This document shows positions 30,614 through 40,035 of a stretch of DNA of 64,000 bases, piece by piece. The position numbers were made by a program, and so were the translations under genes. This stretch comes from Ignavibacteriota bacterium. Lineage in GTDB: Bacteria > Bacteroidota > Ignavibacteria > UBA10030 > UBA6906. The notes under the pieces were generated by a model. That model ran no database searches. It had not been told where the DNA came from and worked only from the letters and a program-made list of their open reading frames with translations. The DNA is taken from assembly GCA_963801355.1 (NCBI GenBank), contig CAWDEM010000004.1, positions 320,001 through 384,000 of the forward strand, given 5' to 3'. Within the stretch, counting starts at the first letter, position 1; each line of letters starts with the position of its first letter.

Positions 30614-31636
30614 ATGACTCCCATGATGCTCTTTGTTGTGCCACTGATGTGTCTGCTGGTTGTTGCGGCGGTTGCTCTGTATCCGCGTTCCGGACTGATC
30701 GCCCGATGGAGACGCAGGAATGCCGGCAAAACACGCTCCGCGGTGGAAGATGCGCTCAAGCACGCCTACGACTGCGAATACCGCGGCGTTGCCTGCACCA
30801 TTGAAAGCATCGCAGGCTCTCTTTCTCTCTCAACAGACGCCGCCGCCCGGCTTGTGTCGCGACTGAATGCCGCGGGTTTGCTCCTTCCGGACAAAGTCGC
30901 CCTTCGTCTTACCTCCGGAGGACGTGCCTATGCACTGAGAGTCATCCGCATCCACCGTCTCTGGGAACGGTACCTTGCGGATGAGACCGGCGTGCGTGAA
31001 GTGGACTGGCACCGGCAAGCCGAACAGCAAGAGCATCGTCTATCGTTGGAGGAAGCCGATGCACTCGCGGCCCAGCTGGGCAATCCGCAATTTGACCCTC
31101 ACGGTGATCCCATCCCCTCGGCGAAAGGGGACGTTCCCGAACAGCAGGGAGTACCGCTCACGACGCTGGGCCAGGGTGCATTCGCCGGCATCGTACATAT
31201 CGAGGACGAACCCCGCGAGGTGTACGCTCAGATTTCCGCGCTCGGATTCTATCCCGGCATGCAACTGCAGGTGCTGGAAGCGAATGCAGAACGCATACGG
31301 CTTGATGCCAACGGTGAAGAAGTGATCCTTGCGCCTCTGCTGGCCCGCACGATTACTGTGGCTCCTCTGGCGGAAGAACGCCGGGTGCACGGTCCCTTCA
31401 CGACACTGGCCTCGGTGAAGTCCGGGGAGGAAGTTCAGGTGACAAGTATCTCGCGTGCATGCCGCGGCCAGCAACGCCGTCGGATGATGGATCTTGGCAT
31501 CGTGCCGGGAACTGTTATCAGCCCCGAAATGGAGGGTTTTGCCGGCGATCCGATTGCATACCGTGTGCGTGGCGCCCTGGTGGCCCTGCGTCGCGAACAG
31601 GCGTCCCAGATTTTCGTCAGGAGCCGGGCGTCATGA
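30614..31636 (+). CDS. DtxR/MntR-family metalloregulator with an N-terminal TM helix and two FeoA domains
   Basis: EDALK, w[31 protein letters not shown]; FeoA repeats LGFYPG and [12 protein letters not shown]...[20 protein letters not shown]. Confidence 0.88.
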   Translation: MTPMMLFVVPLMCLLVVAAVALYPRSGLIARWRRRNAGKTRSAVEDALKHAYDCEYRGVACTIESIAGSLSLSTDAAARLVSRLNAAGLLLPDKVALRLTSGGRAYALRVIRIHRLWERYLADETGVREVDWHRQAEQQEHRLSLEEADALAAQLGNPQFDPHGDPIPSAKGDVPEQQGVPLTTLGQGAFAGIVHIEDEPREVYAQISALGFYPGMQLQVLEANAERIRLDANGEEVILAPLLARTITVAPLAEERRVHGPFTTLASVKSGEEVQVTSISRACRGQQRRRMMDLGIVPGTVISPEMEGFAGDPIAYRVRGALVALRREQASQIFVRSRAS

Positions 31637-32481
31637 CGACAGTGCAAGAACAACCCACAGCTGCCGGCCAGCGTACACCCGAGGCATGTGAAACCTGTCC
31701 GGCATTCAATGCCGGGCATCTGACACGACTCGGCATCAGCATCACCGACGTGGACTATGTCGTTGCTCTCGCCGGCAATCCCAATACCGGAAAGAGTACG
31801 GTGTTCAATGCCCTGACGGGGCTGCGCCAGCACACAGGAAACTGGCCCGGCAAAACCGTGACCCGGGCCGAAGGCGGCTTCTCCTACGGCGACAAGAAAT
31901 TCAAAATCGTCGACCTCCCCGGTACCTACTCATTGCTGTCAACGAGCGCCGACGAAGAAGTCGCGCGTGACTTCATCCTCTTCGGCCGGCCCGATGTGAC
32001 AGTGATCGTGGTGGATGCGACACGCCTTGAACGCAATCTCAACCTTGTGCTCCAGGTGCTGGAAATCACCGACCGTGCGGTGCTGTGTGTGAATTTGATG
32101 GATGAAGCCCGCCGGCACAACATTGCGGTGGACCAGCGGATACTCGCGAAGGAATTGGGCATCCCGGTCGTGCTGACGGCCGCGCGGCAGCGCGAGGGAA
32201 TGGATCTGCTCTTGCAGAGTATCTCCGAGGTGGCTGCCGGGATGTTTGTGTGCCGGCCGCACCGCGTGCACACACTGCCGCGCGATGTTGCGGCAGCCCT
32301 GGATGCCATGACGGACCGGGTCCGGAAGCTCTTTCCCGATCTTCCGAACGCGCGCTGGGTTGCCCTCCGGCTTCTCGAAGGCGACCAGCGAATGATTGAG
32401 GCGGTACAGTCCGGAGAACTCAGAACGCTCGTCAGCACTCATGCAGGCGGCGCGCCCCGGGCAGAAGAGGTGACCGCATGA
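31633..32481 (+). CDS. FeoB N-terminal GTPase domain (split FeoB, part 1)
   Basis: [35 protein letters not shown]. Confidence 0.92.
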   Translation: MTTVQEQPTAAGQRTPEACETCPAFNAGHLTRLGISITDVDYVVALAGNPNTGKSTVFNALTGLRQHTGNWPGKTVTRAEGGFSYGDKKFKIVDLPGTYSLLSTSADEEVARDFILFGRPDVTVIVVDATRLERNLNLVLQVLEITDRAVLCVNLMDEARRHNIAVDQRILAKELGIPVVLTAARQREGMDLLLQSISEVAAGMFVCRPHRVHTLPRDVAAALDAMTDRVRKLFPDLPNARWVALRLLEGDQRMIEAVQSGELRTLVSTHAGGAPRAEEVTA

Positions 32482-33911
32482 CGCCGGATCGGGCCACCCC
32501 GGACGCCGTCCTTGCCGAGGCGGACGCACTGCGCTGGAAACTGGGTGAGGATTATCACGACTCCCTGATGGAGGGGATCTACGCGGATGCCGCACGGATC
32601 GCCGACCGCGCCGTGACGCGGAGTGGCGATGTACAGCGCTTCGATCTGGACCGGACCATCGACCGGATCGTAACGAGCCGCTGGCTCGGATTCCCCGTGA
32701 TGGTCTTGCTGCTGGCGGTGGTATTCTGGATTACGATTGTGGGCGCAAATATCCCCTCGGGATTTCTTGCGTCGATCTTGCTGGACACGGTTCACCCGTG
32801 GCTGAAGGCGGGTGCGGCGGGCCTCGGCTTCCCGGGGTGGCTTTCCGGATTTCTGATCGACGGCGGTTATCTCGCCGGCGCCTGGGTCATCAGCGTCATG
32901 CTTCCCCCCATGGCCGTCTTCTTCCCGATCTTCACGCTGTTGGAGGACTTCGGGTATCTCCCGCGCGTTGCGTTCAACATGGATGCGTTGTATCGCCGCG
33001 CCGGCGCCCATGGCAAGCAATCGCTCACCATGACCATGGGTTTCGGCTGCAATGCAGCCGGCGTTGTCGCGGCACGCGTCATTGACAGTCCGCGGGAACG
33101 ATTGATCGCCATCATTACCAACAACTTCTCCCTCTGCAACGGCCGGTGGCCGACACAAATCCTCGTGGCCGGAATCTTCGTCGGCGCCCTTGCGCCGCCG
33201 TATCTCGCCGGCGTCGTCTCGGCGGGAGCGGTTGTCTTTGTGGCCGTGCTCGGCGTGGTACTCAGTCTCGTGGTCTCCTGGGGGCTTTCCCGCACCGTCC
33301 TGAAAGGTGAAGCGTCGGCATTCAGTCTGGAGTTGCCTCCCTACAGGCCGCCGCGGATATTGCAGACACTCTACACCTCGCTGATTGACCGCACACTGTA
33401 TGTCCTGTGGCGCGCGATTGTGTTCGCAGTACCCGCGGGACTGGTCATCTGGCTGGTCGCGAATGTGCACATCGGCGGCGTCTCGGTGGCCGAGCATTTC
33501 ATCAACTGGTCAAACCCGTTCGGGCTCCTCCTCGGTCTCAATGGGGTGATATTGCTTGCGTATATCATTGCGATACCGGCAAACGAAATTGTCGTGCCGA
33601 CGGTACTGATGCTCACCGTGCTGACGACTTCCGCGCTCACCGGCGTTGGTGCGGGTGCGGGTGTCATGTTCGAAGCAGACTCGGCCACGACAACGGCGTC
33701 AATTCTTCATGCCGGCGGATGGACGGCGCTCACCGGCATCAATCTCATGCTCTTCAGTCTGCTGCACAATCCCTGTTCGACGACCATCTATACGATCTAC
33801 AAAGAAACCGGCAGCGTGAAATGGGCCGCGCTGGCCACGCTCATCCCGCTCAGCATGGGGTTCGTCGTGTGCCTCGCAGTGGCGACGCTGTGGCGTGCAT
33901 TTGCCGGTTAG
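32478..33911 (+). CDS. feoB: FeoB membrane domain (split FeoB, part 2)
   Basis: [29 protein letters not shown]; multiple TM; own RBS GAGGTG and ATGA overlap. Confidence 0.9.
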   Translation: MTPDRATPDAVLAEADALRWKLGEDYHDSLMEGIYADAARIADRAVTRSGDVQRFDLDRTIDRIVTSRWLGFPVMVLLLAVVFWITIVGANIPSGFLASILLDTVHPWLKAGAAGLGFPGWLSGFLIDGGYLAGAWVISVMLPPMAVFFPIFTLLEDFGYLPRVAFNMDALYRRAGAHGKQSLTMTMGFGCNAAGVVAARVIDSPRERLIAIITNNFSLCNGRWPTQILVAGIFVGALAPPYLAGVVSAGAVVFVAVLGVVLSLVVSWGLSRTVLKGEASAFSLELPPYRPPRILQTLYTSLIDRTLYVLWRAIVFAVPAGLVIWLVANVHIGGVSVAEHFINWSNPFGLLLGLNGVILLAYIIAIPANEIVVPTVLMLTVLTTSALTGVGAGAGVMFEADSATTTASILHAGGWTALTGINLMLFSLLHNPCSTTIYTIYKETGSVKWAALATLIPLSMGFVVCLAVATLWRAFAG

Positions 33912-34066
33912 CAAAAAAGCTTAAGATTTTCTCATTTCTCGGAATTCTCTCTCCCCGGCTCCTATTTTTCGCAGGAATTGCGTATATTTTTGGCATGCAA
34001 TTCGCAGTATCACACCGGATACCCAAACTGCTTATCCGTTTGTCAATCTCGATCTAAGGAAGAACG

Positions 34067-37000
34067 ATGAAACGCAACACGGTGACTATCGACGGCAATG
34101 AAGCGGCGGCATATGTCGCTCATAAGCTGAACGAAGTTATTGCCATCTATCCCATTACCCCGTCATCCAACATGGGCGAATGGGCCGACGAGTGGTCAGC
34201 CCAGGGAAGGAAGAACCTCTGGGGAACAGTCCCCTCGGTGACTGAGATGCAGAGTGAAGGCGGCGCGGCCGGTGCGGTCCACGGTGCCCTTCAGGCGGGC
34301 GCGCTGTCGACGACCTTCACGGCGTCTCAGGGCCTCCTGTTGATGATTCCCAACATGTTCAAGATTGCCGGCGAACTCACCTCGACCGTATTCCATGTCT
34401 CCGCGCGATCCGTTGCCGCCCATGCACTCTCGATTTTCGGTGACCACAGCGACGTCATGGCGACCAGGAGCACCGGTTGGGGATTGATCTCCTCGAACAG
34501 TGTTCAAGAGGTGATGGACATGGCGTTGATCGCACAGGCGGCGACGCTTGAAGCGCGTGTCCCCTTCATACATTTCTTCGATGGATTCCGCACTTCGCAT
34601 GAGGTACAGAAGATTGAACAGCTGACTGATGAGGACATGCGTGCACTCATCAGCGATGACCTGATCCGCGCACATCGCGGGCGGGCACTCTCTCCCGAGC
34701 ACCCCGTGCTGCGTGGTTCCGCGCAGAACCCCGATGTGTTCTTCCAGGCGCGCGAAACCTGCAACCCCTTTTACGCGGCCTGTCCGGATATCGTCCAGAA
34801 GGTGATGGACAAGTTTGCGGCGGTCGTGGGGCGGCAGTACAAGCTGTTCCAGTATGTCGGCTCGCCCACCGCCGAACGGGTGATTGTCATGATGGGCTCC
34901 GGTGCCGAGGCCGCGCAGGAAGCCGTGGAGTTCATGAACGCCAGAGGCGCAAACGTCGGCCTGATGAAAGTCCGGTTGTACCGTCCGTTTTCCATCAAGC
35001 ATTTTGTGGATGCCCTCCCCGCAACCGTGAAGCAGATTGCGGTATTGGATCGCACGAAAGAACCGGGCGCTCCGGCGGAGCCGCTCTTTCTTGATGTGGT
35101 CATGGCGATCAACGAGGCGCTGATGAACGGCACCGCTCCGGTGAAGAGCATGCCCAGGGTCATCGGCGGCCGCTACGGACTTTCCTCGAAGGAATTCACG
35201 CCGGCGATGGTGAAAGCGGTATTTGACGAGCTCTCCAGGGCACACCCCAAGAACCACTTCATGGTCGGCATCGTCGACGATGTCACCAACAACAGCCTCG
35301 ACTACGATCACAGCTTTTCCACTGAAGCCGATGACGTGTTCCGGGGCATCTTCTATGGTCTGGGTGCAGACGGTACCGTCGGGGCCAACAAGAACTCCAT
35401 CAAGATCATCGGTGAAGACACGGAATTCTCCGCCCAGGGTTACTTCGTGTACGACTCAAAAAAGTCGGGTTCCACGACCACGTCGCACCTGCGGTTTGGA
35501 CCGCGCCCGATACATTCAACGTACCTCATCAGCCAGGCGAAGTTTGTCGCGTGCCATCAATGGTTCTTCCTTGAGAAATACGACGTGCTGAAGCCCTGTC
35601 TCCCGGGAGGGACGTTCCTGCTGAACAGTATTTACGGCGTTGATGAAGTCTGGGACCAACTGCCGAAGCTGATCCAGGAGCAATTGATCAACAAGAAAAT
35701 CAAGTTCTACATTATTGATGCCTACAAGGTTGCGAACAATACCGGCATGGGTGCGCGCGTCAACACCATCATGCAGACCTGCTTCTTTGCCATCTCGGGA
35801 GTGTTGCCGCGCGAGCAGGCGATCGAAGCAATCAAGAACTCGATCAAGAAGACCTACGGCAAAAAGGGCGACCAGATCGTCCAGCAGAATTTCCAGGCGG
35901 TCGATCAGACGCTGGCGAATCTGCACGAAGTGAAAGTCCCGGCAAAGGTGACGAGTGAGATTGCAATGCCCCCGGTCGTTTCGGCGCGGGCACCGAAGTT
36001 CGTGCAGGAAGTGACCGCACCGATCATTGCCGGGTTTGGCGACAATCTGCCTGTGAGCGCAATGCCGGTGGACGGCACGTTCCCGCTCGGCACGACACAG
36101 TGGGAGAAACGGAATATCGCTCTGGAAATACCGGTGTGGGACACGGTCACATGCATCCAGTGCAATAAATGTGCGATGGTCTGTCCGCATGCCGCCATCC
36201 GGACCAAAGTCTACGATCCAAAATCGCTTGCCGGCGCTCCTGCGACGTATAAGGCCACAGACTACCGCGGGCCGGAATACAAGGGGATGAAATACACCGT
36301 GCAGGTTGCACCCGAAGACTGCACCGGGTGCGAGCTCTGTGTCGAAGTGTGTCCGGCCAAGAACAAGACCGAAACCCGGTTCAAGGCAATCAACATGGCC
36401 CCACAGGGAGCCTTACGCGAACCGGAACGGGCGAATTTCGACTTCTTCCTTGCGATTCCGGATGTCGACCGTCGCCAGGTGAAAGTTGACACGGTGAAGG
36501 GCTCGCAGTTCCTGCTGCCGCTCTTTGAGTTCTCCGGCGCGTGCTCCGGATGCGGCGAAACACCGTACGTGAAGCTGGCCAGCCAGCTGTTTGGTGACCG
36601 CACGATTGTTGCCAATGCCACGGGCTGTTCGTCCATTTACGGGGGGAATCTCCCGACGACTCCGTGGACGGTGAATCATGAAGGTCGCGGAGCCGCCTGG
36701 TCGAACTCGCTCTTCGAAGACAATGCAGAATTCGGTCTCGGGATCCGGCTGACCGTCGACAAGCACACGGAAATGGCGCGTGAGCTTGTACAGAAACTGG
36801 CCTCCGCGATCGGCGATGACCTGGTCACGGGCCTGCTGAATGCGCATCAGTCTGACGAAGCCGGAATTCACGAACAGCGCAACCGCGTTGTGGTGTTGAA
36901 ACAGAAGCTCGCCGGCATGAACGATCCAGATGCGAAGAGCCTGCTCTCGCTGGCGGACAACCTGGTGAAGCGCAGCGTCTGGATCATGGGCGGTGACGGC

Positions 37001-37642
37001 TGGGCGTATGATATCGGGTTCGGCGGCCTTGACCACGTGCTTGCCTCAGGCAAGAACGTGAACGTCCTCGTGCTGGATACCGAAGTCTATTCGAACACCG
37101 GCGGCCAGATGTCAAAATCGACTCAGCGCTCCGCTGTTGCGAAGTTTGCCGCGGGCGGGAAGCCGCTCGCCAAGAAAGATCTGGGGCGTATTGCCATGAC
37201 CTACGGCAGCGTGTACGTGGCCCAGGTGGCGATGGGACACAGCGATCTGCAGACCATCCGTGCATTCCTCGAAGCGGATGCCTTCGACGGTCCTGCGATC
37301 ATCATTGCCTACAGCCACTGTATCGCCCATGGTATTGACATGGCTAAGGGTATGGTAAGCCAGAAAGGTGCAGTGGACAGCGGCGCCTGGCCGCTCTACC
37401 GGTATAATCCCGCACTTGCCCGCGAAGGCAAGAACCCGCTGAAGCTGGATTCGAAACCGCCGAAGATGAAGTTCGAGGAGTATGCCTACCTCGAGACGCG
37501 GTACAAGATGCTCACCAAGAGCAATCCTGAAGAAGCAAAACGCTTGATGGCATTGGCGGAAGGCGATGCAAAGCGCCGGTGGGAGTGGTTTGAGAATGCG
37601 GCGAAGGAATGGGATACCCCGACGCCGGCCGGAACGCACTGA
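34067..37642 (+). CDS. nifJ: Pyruvate:ferredoxin/flavodoxin oxidoreductase (homodimeric type)
   Basis: YPITPSS, MQSEGGAAG, GLGADGTVGANKN, two CxxCxxCxxxCP clusters, FSGACSGCGE, GDGWAYDIG. Confidence 0.98.
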   Translation: MKRNTVTIDGNEAAAYVAHKLNEVIAIYPITPSSNMGEWADEWSAQGRKNLWGTVPSVTEMQSEGGAAGAVHGALQAGALSTTFTASQGLLLMIPNMFKIAGELTSTVFHVSARSVAAHALSIFGDHSDVMATRSTGWGLISSNSVQEVMDMALIAQAATLEARVPFIHFFDGFRTSHEVQKIEQLTDEDMRALISDDLIRAHRGRALSPEHPVLRGSAQNPDVFFQARETCNPFYAACPDIVQKVMDKFAAVVGRQYKLFQYVGSPTAERVIVMMGSGAEAAQEAVEFMNARGANVGLMKVRLYRPFSIKHFVDALPATVKQIAVLDRTKEPGAPAEPLFLDVVMAINEALMNGTAPVKSMPRVIGGRYGLSSKEFTPAMVKAVFDELSRAHPKNHFMVGIVDDVTNNSLDYDHSFSTEADDVFRGIFYGLGADGTVGANKNSIKIIGEDTEFSAQGYFVYDSKKSGSTTTSHLRFGPRPIHSTYLISQAKFVACHQWFFLEKYDVLKPCLPGGTFLLNSIYGVDEVWDQLPKLIQEQLINKKIKFYIIDAYKVANNTGMGARVNTIMQTCFFAISGVLPREQAIEAIKNSIKKTYGKKGDQIVQQNFQAVDQTLANLHEVKVPAKVTSEIAMPPVVSARAPKFVQEVTAPIIAGFGDNLPVSAMPVDGTFPLGTTQWEKRNIALEIPVWDTVTCIQCNKCAMVCPHAAIRTKVYDPKSLAGAPATYKATDYRGPEYKGMKYTVQVAPEDCTGCELCVEVCPAKNKTETRFKAINMAPQGALREPERANFDFFLAIPDVDRRQVKVDTVKGSQFLLPLFEFSGACSGCGETPYVKLASQLFGDRTIVANATGCSSIYGGNLPTTPWTVNHEGRGAAWSNSLFEDNAEFGLGIRLTVDKHTEMARELVQKLASAIGDDLVTGLLNAHQSDEAGIHEQRNRVVVLKQKLAGMNDPDAKSLLSLADNLVKRSVWIMGGDGWAYDIGFGGLDHVLASGKNVNVLVLDTEVYSNTGGQMSKSTQRSAVAKFAAGGKPLAKKDLGRIAMTYGSVYVAQVAMGHSDLQTIRAFLEADAFDGPAIIIAYSHCIAHGIDMAKGMVSQKGAVDSGAWPLYRYNPALAREGKNPLKLDSKPPKMKFEEYAYLETRYKMLTKSNPEEAKRLMALAEGDAKRRWEWFENAAKEWDTPTPAGTH

Positions 37643-37675
37643 CAGCGAACGCGAACTAAACAGGAATCTCATACA

Positions 37676-38665
37676 ATGGATCTCTCAACATCATATCTCG
37701 GACTGCATCTGAAAAACCCTCTGGTGCCCTCTGCCAGCCCTCTCACACGCGCGGTGGACAGCATGAAGCGGCTGGAGGATGCGGGGGCGGCTGCTGTGGT
37801 GATGCACTCAATATTCGAAGAACAGATAGAACACGAAGCGGCTGAGCTCGACCACTATCTTTCCAGCGGGACGGAAAGCTTTGCGGAGGCGCTGTCGTAC
37901 CTGCCCGAAGCCAGCGAGTACTTTCTCGGTCCCGAGGAGTACGTGAAGGAACTGGCAAAGGCCAAGGAGTCCCTTTCGATTCCGGTCATTGCGAGTCTGA
38001 ACGGTGTCTCCACCGGCGGGTGGATTCAATACGCGAAGAAGTTCGAAGACGCGGGCGCCGATGCCGTTGAGCTGAATGTCTATTATATCCCCGCCGATCC
38101 CCTGATGACCGGCACGGATGTGGAGCAACGATACATCGATGTGCTCAAGGCGGTCAAGGCGACGGTGAAAATCCCTGTAGCGATAAAGCTGAGCCCGTAC
38201 TTCAGCTCCATGTCCCATATGGCGCGGCGTCTCGACGAAGCCGGTGCCGACGGGCTGGTGTTGTTCAACCGCTTCTATCAGCCCGATGTGGATATCGAGG
38301 CGTTGGAAGTGGTGCCGAACGTGCAACTCAGCACCTCGCGGTCTCTGCGGCTGCCACTGAGATGGATCGGCATTCTCTTCGGCAGGGTCAACGCCAGCCT
38401 GGCTGCAACGAGCGGGGTGCATACCGCGCAGGATGCCATCAAGCTCATCATGGCAGGCGCGGATGTCACCATGCTCTGCTCGAGCCTGCTGCACCATGGT
38501 CCAAAGCATCTTACAGAGGTTCTCACCGGCCTCGACCGGTGGATGCAGGACCATGAGTACGTGTCGGTGCAACAGATGCGCGGCAGCATGAGTCAGAAAT
38601 CCGTGGCGGATCCCAGCGCCTTTGAACGGGCGAACTATATGAAAGCACTCAACCGGTACCGGTAA
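37676..38665 (+). CDS. Dihydroorotate dehydrogenase-like flavoprotein
   Basis: YLGLHLKNPLV, PVIASLNG, IKLSPY, LFNRF, ATSGVH, FERANY. Has ELNVYY where catalytic class 1 DHODs have NxSCPN. Confidence 0.85.
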   Translation: MDLSTSYLGLHLKNPLVPSASPLTRAVDSMKRLEDAGAAAVVMHSIFEEQIEHEAAELDHYLSSGTESFAEALSYLPEASEYFLGPEEYVKELAKAKESLSIPVIASLNGVSTGGWIQYAKKFEDAGADAVELNVYYIPADPLMTGTDVEQRYIDVLKAVKATVKIPVAIKLSPYFSSMSHMARRLDEAGADGLVLFNRFYQPDVDIEALEVVPNVQLSTSRSLRLPLRWIGILFGRVNASLAATSGVHTAQDAIKLIMAGADVTMLCSSLLHHGPKHLTEVLTGLDRWMQDHEYVSVQQMRGSMSQKSVADPSAFERANYMKALNRYR

Positions 38666-38801
38666 TCACCCACACGATACGCAACGCAGAGACGCAGACA
38701 CGGGAGTGAACAGAAACGAAGAGCATCCATTTACTCCACTCTGCGTCTCGGACGTTGAAGGCAGGTCCGGCATCATTCATGAATGGAGAAGGAGATGGAC
38801 C

Positions 38802-39533
38802 ATGGCAAAACAGATGATGGCACTGTTCCTCGGGCTCGCGCTGGTTGGTGCTCCCCGGGTCACCACGGCGCAGGACACGCAGGATGCGCACGCAGCGGAG
38901 GTCAAGGCCCAGGTGCCGGCACTGCAGAAATTCCACACGCCGATCTATACGCTCTGGCACACCGCCTGGCCGAAGAAGGATACCGCGATGATGGCATCGC
39001 TGTGCACTGACATTGACAGCGGGGTTGCGGGGGTGGCTGCCGCAGAACTCCCGGGCATTCTGCGGGACAAGAAGGATGCATGGGACGAGGGCGTGAAACG
39101 TTTACAGCTCATCGCCGGTCAGTACAGGACGGCAATGGCAGGAACAGAGCTTCAGCCCAAACTTGATGCGGCGGAACGATTGCATATGCAGTACGAGAAG
39201 ATGGTGCGGATTATCAGGCCGGTGTTGAAGGAAATCGACGCATTCCATCAGGTGCTGTACATGATCTATCACTACTATATGCCCGAGCACAGGATGAGCG
39301 AACTCACCGCCGCCGTGACATCGCTGAGCGAAGCGATGGATACACTCGACGCCGTACGCCTGCCGGAGCGCCTCAGGAAGAGAGATGAGGCATTCCAGGC
39401 TGCCCGGGAAAAGCTCTCCACCTCCGTCGCGTACGTGAAAGCCGTGATGTCGTCAGACGATGCCAAGAAGATCAACGATGCCATCCGGAGAATGCACAGC
39501 GACTACGAGGCGCTGGCAAGGGTGTTCGACTAG
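38802..39533 (+). CDS. Secreted helical protein with two internal His-motif repeats
   Basis: Signal peptide; FHx3Yx3H...Hx2YE occurs twice; RBS AAGGAG. Confidence 0.75.
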   Translation: MAKQMMALFLGLALVGAPRVTTAQDTQDAHAAEVKAQVPALQKFHTPIYTLWHTAWPKKDTAMMASLCTDIDSGVAGVAAAELPGILRDKKDAWDEGVKRLQLIAGQYRTAMAGTELQPKLDAAERLHMQYEKMVRIIRPVLKEIDAFHQVLYMIYHYYMPEHRMSELTAAVTSLSEAMDTLDAVRLPERLRKRDEAFQAAREKLSTSVAYVKAVMSSDDAKKINDAIRRMHSDYEALARVFD

Positions 39534-39561
39534 GCACACAACGCCATCATCGGAGCTGCTC

Positions 39562-40020
39562 ATGCAACGTGTATCACGGAGTACCCTCGACGCCTTCTTC
39601 ACGTCACGAGCGTTCGCCGTCGTCGGTGTGTCGGCGGATCATAAGAAGTTCGGGAATATCGTGTACCGGACGATGAAAGCAAAAGGGGCCGTTGTCTACC
39701 CGGTACACCCCACACTGGAAAGCGTGGATGGCGATGCCTGCTACAAGAATGTGACGGCATTGCCGGCAGACGTCCTCTCGGTGGTCACCGTGGTGCCTCC
39801 GCCGGTCACCGCGTCGGTTGTTGCAGAGTGCGTCGCCAAAGGCATCACACGCATCTGGATGCAGCCCGGATCGGAGTCGGCTGAGGCTATTGCGGCGGCG
39901 GAACAGGCGGGCATCGGGGTCGTTGCACGCGAATGCATTCTGATGTTTCTGGAACCCGTGCAATCGTTTCACGCGTTCCACCGCTTTGTGAACAAGGTGA
40001 TCGGGAAGTATCCGAAGTAG
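39562..40020 (+). CDS. CoA-binding protein (YccU-like)
   Basis: AVVGVS, YPVHP, IWMQPG, ECI. Confidence 0.88.
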   Translation: MQRVSRSTLDAFFTSRAFAVVGVSADHKKFGNIVYRTMKAKGAVVYPVHPTLESVDGDACYKNVTALPADVLSVVTVVPPPVTASVVAECVAKGITRIWMQPGSESAEAIAAAEQAGIGVVARECILMFLEPVQSFHAFHRFVNKVIGKYPK

Positions 40021-40035
40021 ACAACGCGATGCGCA

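Noticed and set aside
32470-32490. FeoB split as a sequencing frameshift
   Set aside because: The clean ATGA stop/start overlap with a GAGGTG RBS at a domain boundary indicates two real genes.
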